In this document: piece after piece, positions 1 to 10,392 of the stretch
Numbering within the stretch: position 1 is the stretch's first letter
How the letters are laid out: each line of letters begins with the position of its first letter
Source of the DNA: Bdellovibrionales bacterium
GTDB taxonomy: Bacteria > Bdellovibrionota > Bdellovibrionia > Bdellovibrionales > DASUEL01
DNA length: 64,000 bases
Direction: 5' to 3'
NCBI GenBank assembly: GCA_050250255.1
Contig: JBFWOZ010000005.1
Span: 32,001 to 96,000 of the forward strand
Made by a program: the position numbers and the translations under genes
Notes under the pieces: generated by a model
Database searches by the model: none
What the model was told of the DNA's origin: nothing
Seen by the model: the letters and a program-made list of their open reading frames with translations, nothing else

Positions 1-1
1 A

Positions 2-3000
2 GAGTTCAAATGGAATACTTTCGATGTTACCTTCAGTAACAGCCTCGCCTTTTTCTAAGAGCTTTTTAGAACCATCCTCATTGAGAAGAACACCGTTTGT
101 TTTCTTACCAACAAGGATGTTTTTTACGCGATCAAGAGCGTTGTTCTTAATCACGTTCTGCTCAACAGCGAGATCTTTTTCAAGTTTGTTTTTCTTTTGC
201 TCAATGATGCTTTGAAGACGTTCGTCTTTTTCAGCACCTTCACGGCTATAAACCTGAGCATCGATTACGGTACCAGAGACACCTGAAGGAACGCGAAGAG
301 ATGTATCACGTACATCGCCCGCTTTTTCCCCGAAGATAGCTCTTAAGAGTTTTTCTTCTGGAGAAAGCTGGACTTCACCTTTAGGAGTGACTTTACCGAC
401 AAGAATATCACCTGGTTTTACTTCCGCACCAATTCTGATAATACCACTGGAATCGAGATCTTTAAGAGCCTCTTCCCCAACGTTTGCGATATCACGCGTG
501 ATCTCTTCTTTTCCTAATTTCGTATCACGAGCTACGCATTCGAATTCTTCGATATGTACAGATGTGAAAACATCCTCAGCAATCAATCTCTCTGAAATAA
601 GAATGGAATCCTCAAAGTTGTAACCCATCCAAGGAGTAAACGCGATCAACACGTTCTGTCCAAGAGCGAGTTCGCCCATTTCAGTAGCCGGACCATCTGC
701 AATAATATCGCCCTTCTTCACTTGGTCACCCACGTGAACGATTGGCTTTTGGTTGAAACATGTATTTTGGTTTGTACGTTGATACTTCACAAGATTGTAA
801 ATATCGACGTTCGCGCCCATGCCACCAGCTTTCGCCATACGACGAACTACGATACGTGCCGCATCTACTTCCTCAACGATACCATCGTTCAGAGCGACGA
901 TACTTGTACCGGAATCTTTTGCCACCAAACGCTCAACACCAGTCCCAATAAGTGGAGCCTTAGCGCGAATAAGAGGCACAGCCTGACGTTGCATGTTCGA
1001 TCCCATGAGAGCACGGTTGGCGTCATCGTGTTCAAGGAACGGAATCAAAGAAGCCGCAATTGATACGAGCTGGCTTGGAGATACATCCATTAAGCTGACT
1101 TTATCTCGCTCAATAACCATGTACTCGCCATCTTTACGAACGTTTAAGTTCGCTTCTGAATCTTGAAATACTTCTTCTTGTTCCGTAGGAGCAATGAAGT
1201 GTCCACCCTCTTCAAGAGCTGACAAATACTTAATATCAGAAGAAACTTTTCCACCTTGCACTTCACGATAAGGAGTTTCAATAAATCCGTAATCATTAAT
1301 GCGTGCGTAGGTCGCAAGGGAGGCGATCAAACCAATGTTTGGACCTTCCGGCGTTTCAATCGGACAAATACGGCCGTAATGCGTAGGATGTACGTCACGA
1401 ACTTCAAAGCCCGCGCGATCTCTTGTCAAACCACCAGGCCCAAGAGCCGACAGCCTGCGCTTATGTGTAATTTCTGAAAGTGGATTTGTTTGATCCATGA
1501 ACTGTGATAACTGGCTGGATCCGAAAAATTCTTTCACCACAGCGTTCACAGGCTTTGCGTTCACAAGATCGTGAGGCATCATTGTCTCGATATCTTGCAA
1601 GCTCATTCTCTCACGAATTGCGCGTTCCATTCGAACCAAGCCCAAACGGTATTGATTTTCAAGAAGCTCACCTACTGAACGAACACGACGGTTTCCTAAG
1701 TGATCGATATCGTCCACTTGGCCACGGCCGTTTTTCAAATCAATAAGAGTCTTTACTGTAAGGAGAATGTCTTTTTGGCTGAGTGTTGTGTACGTGACAG
1801 GAAACTCATCCAAAGTGAAATTGAACGAATGATTGATCTTTAAACGACCCACTTCGCTCAAATCATATGTTTCTGGATCAAAAAAGAGTCTATGGAAGAA
1901 GTTCTGAGATGCTTCTTCCGTTGGCGGTTCGCCAGGACGTAAACGCTTGTAGATCTCGATGAGGCCTTCTTCTTTCGAATGAATTTTATCTACTAGGAGT
2001 GTGTTCCGGAGGAACGGGCCTACTACAAGACCATCAAAGAAAATCACATGGATTTGCTTTACTCCTGCATTTTTTGCTCTTTCCAAGCCATCACGAGTTA
2101 ATTCTGTATTCACGTCAGCAATAATCTCACCGGTATTTTCGTCGATAATTGGCTTAGCAACGACTTTACCTTCAAGATCTTCAATGCTGATTTCAATATC
2201 TTTAAGATTTAATTTTTGAATCTTTTTAACAGCAGCACGTGTAATACGTCGGCCTTTTTTCACAAGAGATTCGTCTGTTTTTGGATCAACGATATCCACA
2301 AGCGCCCGTTGGCCTGCCATTTTTTCAATGTTAAGTGTACGCCGGAACTTTCCATCTTTTGTGAAAGTCACAACGTCAAGGTCATAGAAATATTCAAGGA
2401 TCTGCTCTGTGCTGTAGCCCAAGGCTTTTAAAAGAACCGTTACAGGCATTTTTCTGCGACGATCAATACGAGCATAGATCAAATCTTTTTGGTCAAATTC
2501 AAAATCGAGCCAAGAACCGCGATACGGAATCACGCGTGCGGAATAAATCAATTTTCCACTCACATGATTTTTACCACCATCGTGGTCAAAGAAAACCCCA
2601 GGAGAACGGTGCAACTGACTCACAACAACGCGCTCAGTACCATTGATAATGAAAGAACCATTAGCCGTCATCAATGGGATTTCGCCCAAGTAGACCTCTT
2701 GTTCTTTTACGTCACGGATACTACGAGAATCATCAGCTTCATTTACTTCAAATACAATCAAACGCAAAGTGACTCGAATAGGGGCCGCATACGTCATTCC
2801 ACGTTGGCGACACTCATCCACATCATATTTTGCTGGCTCAAGAGTGTACCCTACAAATTCTAAACTCGACGTATCGTTAAAGTCTGAGATAGGAAATACA
2901 GACTTAAAAACACCGTTCAAACCAGTGATGGATCTTTTATCTGGATCAACATCTTTTTGTAGGAACTCTTCGTAGGATCTTTTTTGAAGCTCAATCAGGT

Positions 3001-3079
3001 TCGGGATTTCAATTACCTGTTCATTCTTCGCAAAACTTCTTCTTAATCGTAAATTAGAAGCCGTTAAGGTCGTAAGCAT
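2..3079 (-). CDS. rpoB: DNA-directed RNA polymerase subunit beta (5' part; runs off the left edge)
   Basis: Not in the ORF track (open-ended). Manual translation from ATG 3079 (SD GAGGAG): [18 protein letters not shown]...[30 protein letters not shown]...[27 protein letters not shown]; directly downstream of rplL. Confidence 0.98.
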   Translation of the reverse strand, partial: MLTTLTASNLRLRRSFAKNEQVIEIPNLIELQKRSYEEFLQKDVDPDKRSITGLNGVFKSVFPISDFNDTSSLEFVGYTLEPAKYDVDECRQRGMTYAAPIRVTLRLIVFEVNEADDSRSIRDVKEQEVYLGEIPLMTANGSFIINGTERVVVSQLHRSPGVFFDHDGGKNHVSGKLIYSARVIPYRGSWLDFEFDQKDLIYARIDRRRKMPVTVLLKALGYSTEQILEYFYDLDVVTFTKDGKFRRTLNIEKMAGQRALVDIVDPKTDESLVKKGRRITRAAVKKIQKLNLKDIEISIEDLEGKVVAKPIIDENTGEIIADVNTELTRDGLERAKNAGVKQIHVIFFDGLVVGPFLRNTLLVDKIHSKEEGLIEIYKRLRPGEPPTEEASQNFFHRLFFDPETYDLSEVGRLKINHSFNFTLDEFPVTYTTLSQKDILLTVKTLIDLKNGRGQVDDIDHLGNRRVRSVGELLENQYRLGLVRMERAIRERMSLQDIETMMPHDLVNAKPVNAVVKEFFGSSQLSQFMDQTNPLSEITHKRRLSALGPGGLTRDRAGFEVRDVHPTHYGRICPIETPEGPNIGLIASLATYARINDYGFIETPYREVQGGKVSSDIKYLSALEEGGHFIAPTEQEEVFQDSEANLNVRKDGEYMVIERDKVSLMDVSPSQLVSIAASLIPFLEHDDANRALMGSNMQRQAVPLIRAKAPLIGTGVERLVAKDSGTSIVALNDGIVEEVDAARIVVRRMAKAGGMGANVDIYNLVKYQRTNQNTCFNQKPIVHVGDQVKKGDIIADGPATEMGELALGQNVLIAFTPWMGYNFEDSILISERLIAEDVFTSVHIEEFECVARDTKLGKEEITRDIANVGEEALKDLDSSGIIRIGAEVKPGDILVGKVTPKGEVQLSPEEKLLRAIFGEKAGDVRDTSLRVPSGVSGTVIDAQVYSREGAEKDERLQSIIEQKKNKLEKDLAVEQNVIKNNALDRVKNILVGKKTNGVLLNEDGSKKLLEKGEAVTEGNIESIPFEL

Positions 3080-3151
3080 TCGCACTCCTCAATCAAAATA
3101 ACCATTCAAACGAGTACTGATATTTTCGAGATGAGTACTCTACATCTCAAA

Positions 3152-3174
3152 CCAAGGGCTCAAAGAACCCTTGG
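3152..3174 (-). terminator. Hairpin (terminator/attenuator) between rplL and rpoB
   Basis: CCAAGGGTTC-TTT-GAGCCCTTGG followed by TTT on the minus strand just after the rplL stop. Confidence 0.5.
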
Positions 3175-3188
3175 CCGCATAACAACTA

Positions 3189-3563
3189 TTACTTCAATTC
3201 AACTTTAGCGCCAGCAGCCTCTAAAGTTTTCTTCATTTTCTCAGCTTCGTCTTTAGCTACGCTTTCTTTTACAGTCTTAGGCGCGCCTTCAACGAGATCT
3301 TTTGCTTCTTTCAAGCCAAGACCAGTCAATGTACGAACTTCTTTAATGACGTTGATTTTGTTAGATCCACTATCAGTTAATACAACTGTAAATTCAGTTT
3401 TAGCTTCAGCCGGAGCAGCACCAGCAGCTGGGCCAGCCATAACAGCGGCAGGAGCAGCAGCACTTACACCCCATTTGTCTTCCAAAGTTTTAATCAACTC
3501 AGAAAGTTCAATAACGGGCATTTGAGATAGAAAATCGACAACTTGTTCTTTGTTTAATGACAT
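3189..3563 (-). CDS. rplL: 50S ribosomal protein L7/L12
   Basis: Ala-rich hinge, [24 protein letters not shown] motif; canonical position. Confidence 0.98.
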   Translation of the reverse strand: MSLNKEQVVDFLSQMPVIELSELIKTLEDKWGVSAAAPAAVMAGPAAGAAPAEAKTEFTVVLTDSGSNKINVIKEVRTLTGLGLKEAKDLVEGAPKTVKESVAKDEAEKMKKTLEAAGAKVELK

Positions 3564-3599
3564 AAAATATCCTCCAAAAATAAATTAAAAATAAAAAAA

Positions 3600-4118
3600 T
3601 TAACTCTGTTTTGCTTTTGCATCGAGCACTCTTACAAAACCACTTGGTACTGCGGCTAACGTTCTCACAAACTTGCTCATTGGAGCGGCGAGAACACCGA
3701 GTAACTGTGCACGTAGAACATCCTTCGAAGGCAACCTTGCGAGAGTCGTAATTTTGCCTTTATCAAGAGCTGTTCCTTCCATGACACCGACTTTGACTTC
3801 CAACTTATCGTTGTCTTTTGCAAAGTCGACGAGCAGCTTGGCTGATGCTGAAACATCCTCATAAGCAAACACAAAAGCGTTTGTACCTACTAGATAGTTC
3901 TTTAAAGCAGCATCTGTCTTCGCATCATCAACAATGGCTCTTTTTGCGAGAGTGTTTCTCACAACCTTAAGCTCAGAGCTGATTCCACGCAGTTTTTTCC
4001 TGAGCGATGTTACTTGCTCAACGTTCAAACCCTTAAAATCGACCAAAAAGGCAGCTTTTGAGCGGCCCAAATAATCTTTTACGGATTTGACGGCATTTTC
4101 TTTCTGCTGTCTGTCCAA
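3600..4118 (-). CDS. rplJ: 50S ribosomal protein L10
   Basis: KVVRNTLAKRA and LARLPSKDVL motifs; TTG start with GGAGG SD. Confidence 0.97.
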   Translation of the reverse strand: MDRQQKENAVKSVKDYLGRSKAAFLVDFKGLNVEQVTSLRKKLRGISSELKVVRNTLAKRAIVDDAKTDAALKNYLVGTNAFVFAYEDVSASAKLLVDFAKDNDKLEVKVGVMEGTALDKGKITTLARLPSKDVLRAQLLGVLAAPMSKFVRTLAAVPSGFVRVLDAKAKQS

Positions 4119-4149
4119 GAAGATACCTCCTTTCCTTTCTTTCGCTGCT

Positions 4150-4245
4150 AAATCTTTTCAAGACTCTGCAACTTTGGTTATGCGATTCAGCAGGAGGCTC
4201 ACTTCATCGCATTCGCGAGGCTTGCCTGTCTCGATAGGCCCCAAA
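4150..4245 (-). promoter_or_regulatory. Probable L10 leader (autoregulatory RNA) in the rplA-rplJ spacer
   Basis: Minus strand GAGACAGGCAAG...CCTCCTGCTGA resembles the GAAGAC.GYAGG...CCTRCNGA core of L10 leaders; correct location. Boundaries approximate. Confidence 0.5.
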
Positions 4246-4348
4246 GTTTTTTACAAACTCTTCGGACTTAAACTTTCGTACCTATTTTCTCTGACCGCGT
4301 TTTTTATAAACTCTATTTCAAAACTAACTTAACTAACTTCTCTACTGA

Positions 4349-5056
4349 TTACTTTTCAGCAGTCGCAGCTGATGAAACCTTATTTACATCGATGGCAACA
4401 CCAGGGCCCATAGTTGTGGACACTGTCAAACCACGTAAATAAATACCTTTGCTCGTTGCTGGCTTCGCCTTCATCACAGCTGTCATGAGTGTCATGAAAT
4501 TTTCCGTGATTTTCTCAGCGCCAAGAGATTTTCTTCCAACAACAGCGTGAATAATCCCCGCTTTATCAACACGGAAATCCAACTTCCCTTTTTTCTCTGC
4601 AGTTACGGCTTTACCGATATCAAATGTTACGGTTCCAATTTTTGGGTTTGGCATAAGACCACGAGGCCCAAGAATTTTAGCAACTTTGGAAACTGTCACC
4701 ATCATATCTGGAGTCGCAATTGCCTTATCAAAGTCTAACCATCCGCCTTGGATTTTTGTAACAAGATCATCAGCACCGATAAAGTCTGCGCCGGCAGCTT
4801 TGGCTTCATTCTCTTTGTCACCTTTAGCGAATACTAGTACGCGCACAGTTTTTCCAAGTCCGTGAGGAAGCGCAATCGCTCCACGCACTTGCTGATCTGA
4901 TTGCTTAGGATCAATTCCTAAGTTGATGGCCACATCAACCGATTCGTCAAAATTCGCAGTGCCTGTTTCAACGGCAAGAGCAATGGCCTCTTTCGCTCCG
5001 TAACGAACATCTGACTTCACTTTTTCTTGAGACTGTCTAAATCTTTTTCCTGACAT
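4349..5056 (-). CDS. rplA: 50S ribosomal protein L1
   Basis: FDESVD, DQQVRG.I.LPHGLGK, LGPRGLMPNPKIGTVT motifs. Confidence 0.98.
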   Translation of the reverse strand: MSGKRFRQSQEKVKSDVRYGAKEAIALAVETGTANFDESVDVAINLGIDPKQSDQQVRGAIALPHGLGKTVRVLVFAKGDKENEAKAAGADFIGADDLVTKIQGGWLDFDKAIATPDMMVTVSKVAKILGPRGLMPNPKIGTVTFDIGKAVTAEKKGKLDFRVDKAGIIHAVVGRKSLGAEKITENFMTLMTAVMKAKPATSKGIYLRGLTVSTTMGPGVAIDVNKVSSAATAEK

Positions 5057-5080
5057 AAAATCCTACCTTACTACTTCTAA

Positions 5081-5506
5081 TTACGCCTCTAATTCGAGAC
5101 CCATGCTTTTTGCTGTTCCTTCAACCTGACGAATAGCCGAATCAACTGTTGTACAGTTGAGGTCAGGAAGTTTTGTTTCAGCGATTTTTTTAACAATTGC
5201 TTTTGAAACCTTACCTACTTTGTCTTTCTGAGGCATTTTTGAGCCGCTTTGAAGTTTCAAAGCTTGCTTCAACAAAATGGATACTGGTGGTGTTTTTGTA
5301 ATAAATGTGAAGGAACGATCCTGATACACAGTGATGATCACAGGAATAACCGTGTCACCCGCACTTTGCGTTTTTGCATTAAACTGTTTACAAAACTCCA
5401 TAATGTTCACACCTTGTTGACCCAATGCCGGACCTACAGGGGGAGCTGGGTTTGCTTTACCAGCTGGAATCTGCAACTTGATCATACCCGTTACTTTTTT
5501 TGCCAT
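5081..5506 (-). CDS. rplK: 50S ribosomal protein L11
   Basis: [31 protein letters not shown]. Confidence 0.98.
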   Translation of the reverse strand: MAKKVTGMIKLQIPAGKANPAPPVGPALGQQGVNIMEFCKQFNAKTQSAGDTVIPVIITVYQDRSFTFITKTPPVSILLKQALKLQSGSKMPQKDKVGKVSKAIVKKIAETKLPDLNCTTVDSAIRQVEGTAKSMGLELEA

Positions 5507-5571
5507 ATCAGAACTCCTTCAAAAATCTTTCAAACTTTAAAACTTAACTTCTTGCCTGCCAATTTTGGCGA

Positions 5572-6102
5572 CTAGCTTTTCTCAACCTGAATAAAATCCA
5601 ACTCAACTGGAGTTGGGCGTCCAAAAATGCTGACAAGAACTTTTACTTTTCCTTTTTCGGCATTGATCTCTTCAACAGTTCCATTGAAGTTGCTGAACGG
5701 ACCATCTACCACACGAACGCTTTCGCCTTCAGAGAACTTAATTTTTGGCTTCGGCTTCTCTGCGCCTGAAACCATTTGCTTATTGATACGCTCGACTTCT
5801 TCTTGAGGAACAGGAGGAGGGTTTGTTGTCCCACCTACGAAACCTGTTACTTTTGAAGTTTCCTTAACAAGGTGCCAAGTTCTCTCATTCAAAACCATCT
5901 GTACGAACATGTAGCCAGGGAAAATCTTACGAGAAGTGGTCTTCTTTTCACCCTTAACAAGTTCGACAACGTTTTCAGCTGGAATTAAAATTTCACCAAA
6001 AAGCTCGACCATTTTGTGAGTACGAATGCGCTCCTCAAGAGCCACTTTCGCCTTCGCTTCTTGGCCAGTCTGTGTATTTACGATGTACCACTTCTTTTCC
6101 AC
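5572..6102 (-). CDS. nusG: Transcription termination/antitermination factor NusG
   Basis: WYIV..., [12 protein letters not shown] motif [27 protein letters not shown]. Confidence 0.98.
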   Translation of the reverse strand: MEKKWYIVNTQTGQEAKAKVALEERIRTHKMVELFGEILIPAENVVELVKGEKKTTSRKIFPGYMFVQMVLNERTWHLVKETSKVTGFVGGTTNPPPVPQEEVERINKQMVSGAEKPKPKIKFSEGESVRVVDGPFSNFNGTVEEINAEKGKVKVLVSIFGRPTPVELDFIQVEKS

Positions 6103-6129
6103 TTCAAACGTCCTTACTTAAACCGTTGA

Positions 6130-6516
6130 CTACCAATTCATCTCTAGAAGCTTTGTTACGAGGAAGCTCGAAAATGTATCGAAAACTCCTAACAAAACTC
6201 CCGAAACAAGCAACATCATGCAAACCACAATGGTCATCGCCACTGTATCTTTGCGGGAAGGCCAAACAATTTTTCGAATTTCCGTAACCACTTCTTCGCA
6301 GAACTGGACAACATTATTATTAAACTGGAGAGCCGCAAAAACACCGAATCCTACCAAAATTGGCAAACCATGCTTCACAACATCGTTTCCAGCGATTCTT
6401 GCAACAAAAGGAAAGAGAGTCGAAAACGTATCAATCAAAAGACTAATAACAAGAAAGCTCACAAGTCCTGCGAGGACAAAAGCCGTTGTTAATATTTTTT
6501 TGTTATCATTATCCAT
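6130..6516 (-). CDS. secE: Preprotein translocase subunit SecE (3-TM form)
   Basis: EIRKIVWPSRKDT motif before the C-terminal TM; between tRNA-Trp and nusG. ATG 6516 preferred (SD AAGGTG). Confidence 0.92.
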   Translation of the reverse strand: MDNDNKKILTTAFVLAGLVSFLVISLLIDTFSTLFPFVARIAGNDVVKHGLPILVGFGVFAALQFNNNVVQFCEEVVTEIRKIVWPSRKDTVAMTIVVCMMLLVSGVLLGVFDTFSSFLVTKLLEMNW

Positions 6517-6562
6517 TTTCAACACCTTTATTTAATCTCAGTTTCAACTCAAAAATCTGTAA

Positions 6563-6638
6563 TGGCAGGGCAGGAGGGATTCGAACCCACAACCTACGGA
6601 TTTGGAGTCCGCCGCTCTACCATTAGAGCTACTGCCCT
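6563..6638 (-). tRNA. tRNA-Trp (CCA)
   Basis: AGGGCAG acceptor stem, GCGGA-CT-CCA-AA-TCCGT anticodon arm, GGTTCGAATCC T arm, encoded CCA end. Confidence 0.97.
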
Positions 6639-6645
6639 ATTTCAA

Positions 6646-6795
6646 TTATTTTGTTTCCTTGTGCATAGTGTGAGCATTACATCGAGGACAAAACTTTTTC
6701 TTTGTAAGACGATCGGGCGTTTTTGTCTTATTTTTATTCGTGATATACGAACGTTCTTTACAAGTTTCACATGCTAACGTGACAGAAATTCTCAT
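6646..6795 (-). CDS. rpmG: 50S ribosomal protein L33 (zinc-binding C+ type)
   Basis: Below the ORF-track cutoff. Manual translation [49 protein letters not shown], with two CxxC motifs. Confidence 0.96.
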   Translation of the reverse strand: MRISVTLACETCKERSYITNKNKTKTPDRLTKKKFCPRCNAHTMHKETK

Positions 6796-6905
6796 ACTTC
6801 AAACCTTTCAAACAACAACCAAACTCAAACTGTATAAACGCAAAAACCTTCTCTTACTTTTTTTTCGTTTTTTTTCGAAAAAAAAGCCGAGAAGGATCTT
6901 TATTT

Positions 6906-6934
6906 AATAGGGCCCTCTTCATCAGAGCCCTATT
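6906..6934 (-). terminator. Hairpin after tuf
   Basis: AATAGGGCTC...GGGCCCTATT inverted repeat ~14 nt after the tuf stop; no clear U tract. Confidence 0.4.
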
Positions 6935-6947
6935 CTATTTTTAACTA

Positions 6948-8138
6948 TTACTCTTTAATCTCTACAACTACGCCCGCACCTACAGTACGGCCACCTTCAC
7001 GGATGGCGAAGCGGAGTTCTTTTTCCATAGCGATCGGGGCGATCAACTCAACGTCGATCTCAGCACGGTCACCAGGCATCACCATTTCTGTTCCAGACTT
7101 CAAAGTTACAACACCGGTAACATCTGTAGTACGGAAGTAGAATTGAGGACGATATCCGTTAAAGAACGGAGTATGACGACCACCTTCTTCTTTTGTAAGA
7201 ATGTAGGCTTCAGCTCTGAATTTTTTGTGCGGGAATGTTGTTCCTGGCTTCGCAAGAACTTGACCACGCTCAACGTCCTCTTTTTTAGTACCACGAAGAA
7301 GAGCACCAATGTTCTCACCCGCTTGACCTTCATCAAGAAGCTTTCTGAACATTTCCACACCAGTTACAGTTGTTTTTGTTGTGGGCTTAATACCAACGAT
7401 TTCGATCTCTTCGTTCACCTTTACAATTCCACGCTCAATACGGCCAGTCACTACAGTACCGCGACCAGAAATTGAGAACACATCCTCGATTGGCATTAAG
7501 AACGGCTTATCAACCGCACGTGCTGGTTGAGGAATCGCTTCATCAACAGCAGCCATCAATTTTAGAATCGCTTTTTTTCCAATATCAGAATCTTCGCCTT
7601 CAAGAGCTTTTAAAGCAGATCCACGAACGATAGGGATTTTATCTCCAGGGAATTCGTATTTATTGAGAAGTTCACGAACTTCAAGTTCTACGAGGTCCAA
7701 AAGTTCTGGATCATCAACCATGTCGACTTTGTTCATGAATACAACGATCGCAGGAACACCCACTTGACGAGCAAGAAGGATGTGCTCACGAGTTTGTGGC
7801 ATTGGACCGTCAGCAGCAGAAACGACAAGAATAGCTCCGTCCATTTGAGCGGCACCGGTAATCATGTTCTTTACGTAATCGGCGTGTCCTGGGCAATCTA
7901 CGTGAGCGTAGTGACGCTTATCAGTTTCGTACTCAACGTGAGTTGTAGAAATTGTAATCCCGCGCTCTCGCTCTTCAGGAGCTTTATCAATCTGATCATA
8001 ATTTAAGGCCTGAGCTTTACCTGATTCAGCCAAAACTTTAGTGATGGCTGCCGTTAGAGACGTTTTACCATGATCCACGTGACCAATGGTGCCGATATTA
8101 CAATGGGGTTTATTCCTCACAAACTTCTCTTTAGACAT
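6948..8138 (-). CDS. tuf: Elongation factor Tu
   Basis: [28 protein letters not shown]-domain motifs; 396 aa. Confidence 0.99.
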   Translation of the reverse strand: MSKEKFVRNKPHCNIGTIGHVDHGKTSLTAAITKVLAESGKAQALNYDQIDKAPEERERGITISTTHVEYETDKRHYAHVDCPGHADYVKNMITGAAQMDGAILVVSAADGPMPQTREHILLARQVGVPAIVVFMNKVDMVDDPELLDLVELEVRELLNKYEFPGDKIPIVRGSALKALEGEDSDIGKKAILKLMAAVDEAIPQPARAVDKPFLMPIEDVFSISGRGTVVTGRIERGIVKVNEEIEIVGIKPTTKTTVTGVEMFRKLLDEGQAGENIGALLRGTKKEDVERGQVLAKPGTTFPHKKFRAEAYILTKEEGGRHTPFFNGYRPQFYFRTTDVTGVVTLKSGTEMVMPGDRAEIDVELIAPIAMEKELRFAIREGGRTVGAGVVVEIKE

Positions 8139-8306
8139 TACTTCCTCCTGCTATTGGCCTTTTCTGACCTTATTGTTCTTTGTGTTTACGTTTCTGTTTT
8201 TCTAACTTTTTCGTTCTACTTTAATTTCAATTCAGTTCTACTTCTATTCTTCTCGAGAATTCTTGAATTCAAAAATTCCTGAATCCGCGAATTCATGCCT
8301 TTAACA

Positions 8307-8381
8307 TGGAGCCCACGGCGAGAGTCGAACCCGCGACCTCACCCTTACCAAGGGTGTGCTCTACCCCTGAGCTACGTGGGC
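8307..8381 (-). tRNA. tRNA-Thr (GGT)
   Basis: GCCCACG acceptor, CACCC-TT-GGT-AA-GGGTG anticodon arm, CCA end. Confidence 0.97.
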
Positions 8382-8405
8382 CTACTCGCTTACTCTTGAG
8401 AAATT

Positions 8406-8482
8406 TGGAGCGGGAAAAGGGACTCGAACCCTCGACCCTCAGCTTGGAAGGCTGATGCTCTAGCCAACTGAGCTACTCCCGC
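8406..8482 (-). tRNA. tRNA-Gly (TCC)
   Basis: GCGGGAG acceptor, TCAGC-CT-TCC-AA-GCTGA anticodon arm, CCA end. Confidence 0.97.
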
Positions 8483-8564
8483 CTAATCTCTCTTCTAAAT
8501 TTTAAAAAAACTTTTTCCTTTTCTAATTCAATTCGTTCAAACTTTTCCAGTGCCTAAACAAAAC

Positions 8565-8651
<87 letters not shown>

Positions 8652-8738
8652 TCACGCACCTCTCATACAGCGTTCAGCACTCACTTTCCTCTTGCCCGTT
8701 TTGATAAACAAAAAGTAATTACTTTCCGTCACAAAATT

Positions 8739-8814
8739 TGGAGCTGGTTATGGGACTTGAACCCGCAACCTGCTGATTACAAATCAGCTGCTCTACCAAT
8801 TGAGCTAAACCAGC
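8739..8814 (-). tRNA. tRNA-Thr (TGT)
   Basis: GCTGGTT acceptor, GCTGA-TT-TGT-AA-TCAGC anticodon arm, CCA end. Confidence 0.96.
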
Positions 8815-8869
8815 CCAGTTGAAAAGTGGTACTAAATATATATCTATCCGCTATTTAAAGCCGACACGT

Positions 8870-8907
8870 AGGCCGCAGTTTTACTTGATTCTAAAAGTGC
8901 TAGTCAA
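8870..8907 (-). promoter_or_regulatory. Putative sigma70 promoter of the tRNA-tuf operon
   Basis: TTGACT-N18-TAAAAC followed by a GC-rich discriminator-like TGCGGCC. Confidence 0.4.
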
Positions 8908-8923
8908 AGGTTATTATTGACTT

Positions 8924-9694
8924 TTATGTCTTCCATTGCCTGATGATTTCGGCCGTGGCAATTCCGGCTGCCACTGAAACATTCAAACTGTGGTTGGGGC
9001 TGACTTGATAAAGCCTCAACAGCTCATCACAAGCGCCTTTCGTTTGTTTTCTGATTCCATGGCCCTCTGCGCCAAGAACCCATACGACTTTATCTGGCGC
9101 CTTTAGTTGCCATATGTTGGACTTCGCTTCCGCATCGAGACCCAAAATCCAAAATCCCATCTCTTTCATCTGAAGAAGAGTAGGCCCCAAAGAACCTACT
9201 TTTTGGACAGGAACATGCTCTAAACCGCCGCTGGCCACCTTTGCAACCGTCGGACTTAAGGGAGCAATTCGAGATTCTGGAACCAAAATCCCTGAAACTC
9301 CCATCAACCAAGCTGTACGAATGATCGCCCCCATATTATGTGGGTCTTCAATTCCATCGAGCGCCAAAACCATGCTTTTTTTCTGATCTTTTAACTTATG
9401 GAGATCCAGCGTGGGGGTTTCAGACACTTCAACGAGCACACCTTGATGAACGCGGGACAACTTTTCTAATACACCCTCTTGTATATTTTCCACTCTCACC
9501 CCCTGCCTTTGCGCTAATTCTGCAATTTGCAGGAGCTCCTTGGACTCTTTCCAGTTGGCTTTGAGAAAAACTTTTTCTACGGCGTGTGGACGTACTTTAA
9601 AAACTTCCATCACGGAATGCAGTCCGACAACCTGTCTATGGCGCGACGTGGGTTGAGAGTTTTGATTTTTCGATTTTTTTTGTGAAGGTCTCAT
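8924..9694 (-). CDS. rlmB: 23S rRNA (guanosine-2'-O)-methyltransferase RlmB (TrmH/SpoU family)
   Basis: HQGV, LDGIEDPHNMGAIIRTA, GAEGHGI, SLNVSVA SPOUT motifs. Confidence 0.9.
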   Translation of the reverse strand: MRPSQKKSKNQNSQPTSRHRQVVGLHSVMEVFKVRPHAVEKVFLKANWKESKELLQIAELAQRQGVRVENIQEGVLEKLSRVHQGVLVEVSETPTLDLHKLKDQKKSMVLALDGIEDPHNMGAIIRTAWLMGVSGILVPESRIAPLSPTVAKVASGGLEHVPVQKVGSLGPTLLQMKEMGFWILGLDAEAKSNIWQLKAPDKVVWVLGAEGHGIRKQTKGACDELLRLYQVSPNHSLNVSVAAGIATAEIIRQWKT

Positions 9695-10392
9695 GCTGTT
9701 GCCTCTTGTACAAACATTCGGAGAGCCGCTCGAGGATCTGATGCTTGAAGAATCGGACGACCTATCACTAAATAGTCAGATCCCAATTTCATTGCCTGGG
9801 CCACCTTCATTACCCTCGCCTGATCTTCTCCTTCAATAGCTTCACCCGAGCGAACCCCTGGAGTGACCAATGTAACACCAGGAAGAACTTCGCGGATTTT
9901 TTGAATCTCATGAGGAGAGCAAACAAATCCCCTCAGCCCTGACTGAGAAGCCAGCTTTGCTAATTGGACCACTTGGTCTTGAATGGGTGCAGAGTAAAAA
10001 GAGGGTTGCTCCTCAGGTTTAAAACTTGTCAGCACAGTGACAGCGAGAATTTGAAAGGGTCTTTGTTGATTAAGTTCTTTTTCTATTCGAGCCATCAGAG
10101 AAAGAGCTGTACTTCCACTACTTGCATGAACAGTGATGAGGCTAGCGCCCATATCAAACCCTGAGCGAATCGCCCCCTCCATTGTTGAAGGGATGTCATA
10201 ATATTTGTGATCTAAAAAAATGGGAGCCCACTGGCTGAGCTCACGAACCAGCTTGGCGCCATATCGGTTTGTTAAGCGTGGCCCTACTTTTAAAGCGCCT
10301 GTTTCTGGTCCCAACTCTTTTCCTAGACGCAAAGCCTCAGAATCATCATCCACATCGAGAGCTACAATGATGGGATTTTTGAGCTTTAGCAT
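9691..10392 (-). CDS. pyrF: Orotidine 5'-phosphate decarboxylase
   Basis: IIVALD, FLDHKYYDIPST (DxKxxD), VTPGVR, LVIGRPI. Confidence 0.96.
   Translation of the reverse strand: MLKLKNPIIVALDVDDDSEALRLGKELGPETGALKVGPRLTNRYGAKLVRELSQWAPIFLDHKYYDIPSTMEGAIRSGFDMGASLITVHASSGSTALSLMARIEKELNQQRPFQILAVTVLTSFKPEEQPSFYSAPIQDQVVQLAKLASQSGLRGFVCSPHEIQKIREVLPGVTLVTPGVRSGEAIEGEDQARVMKVAQAMKLGSDYLVIGRPILQASDPRAALRMFVQEATA

Noticed and set aside
24..2975. Many short plus-strand ORFs in the track (and similar ones opposite other long genes)
   Set aside because: They are antisense or off-frame shadows of rpoB and other well-supported genes, with no motifs or SD.
6847..6895. T8-CG tandem and T8CGA8 palindrome between tuf and rpmG
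   Set aside because: Low-complexity hairpin, most simply part of the terminator/promoter spacer; no further support.
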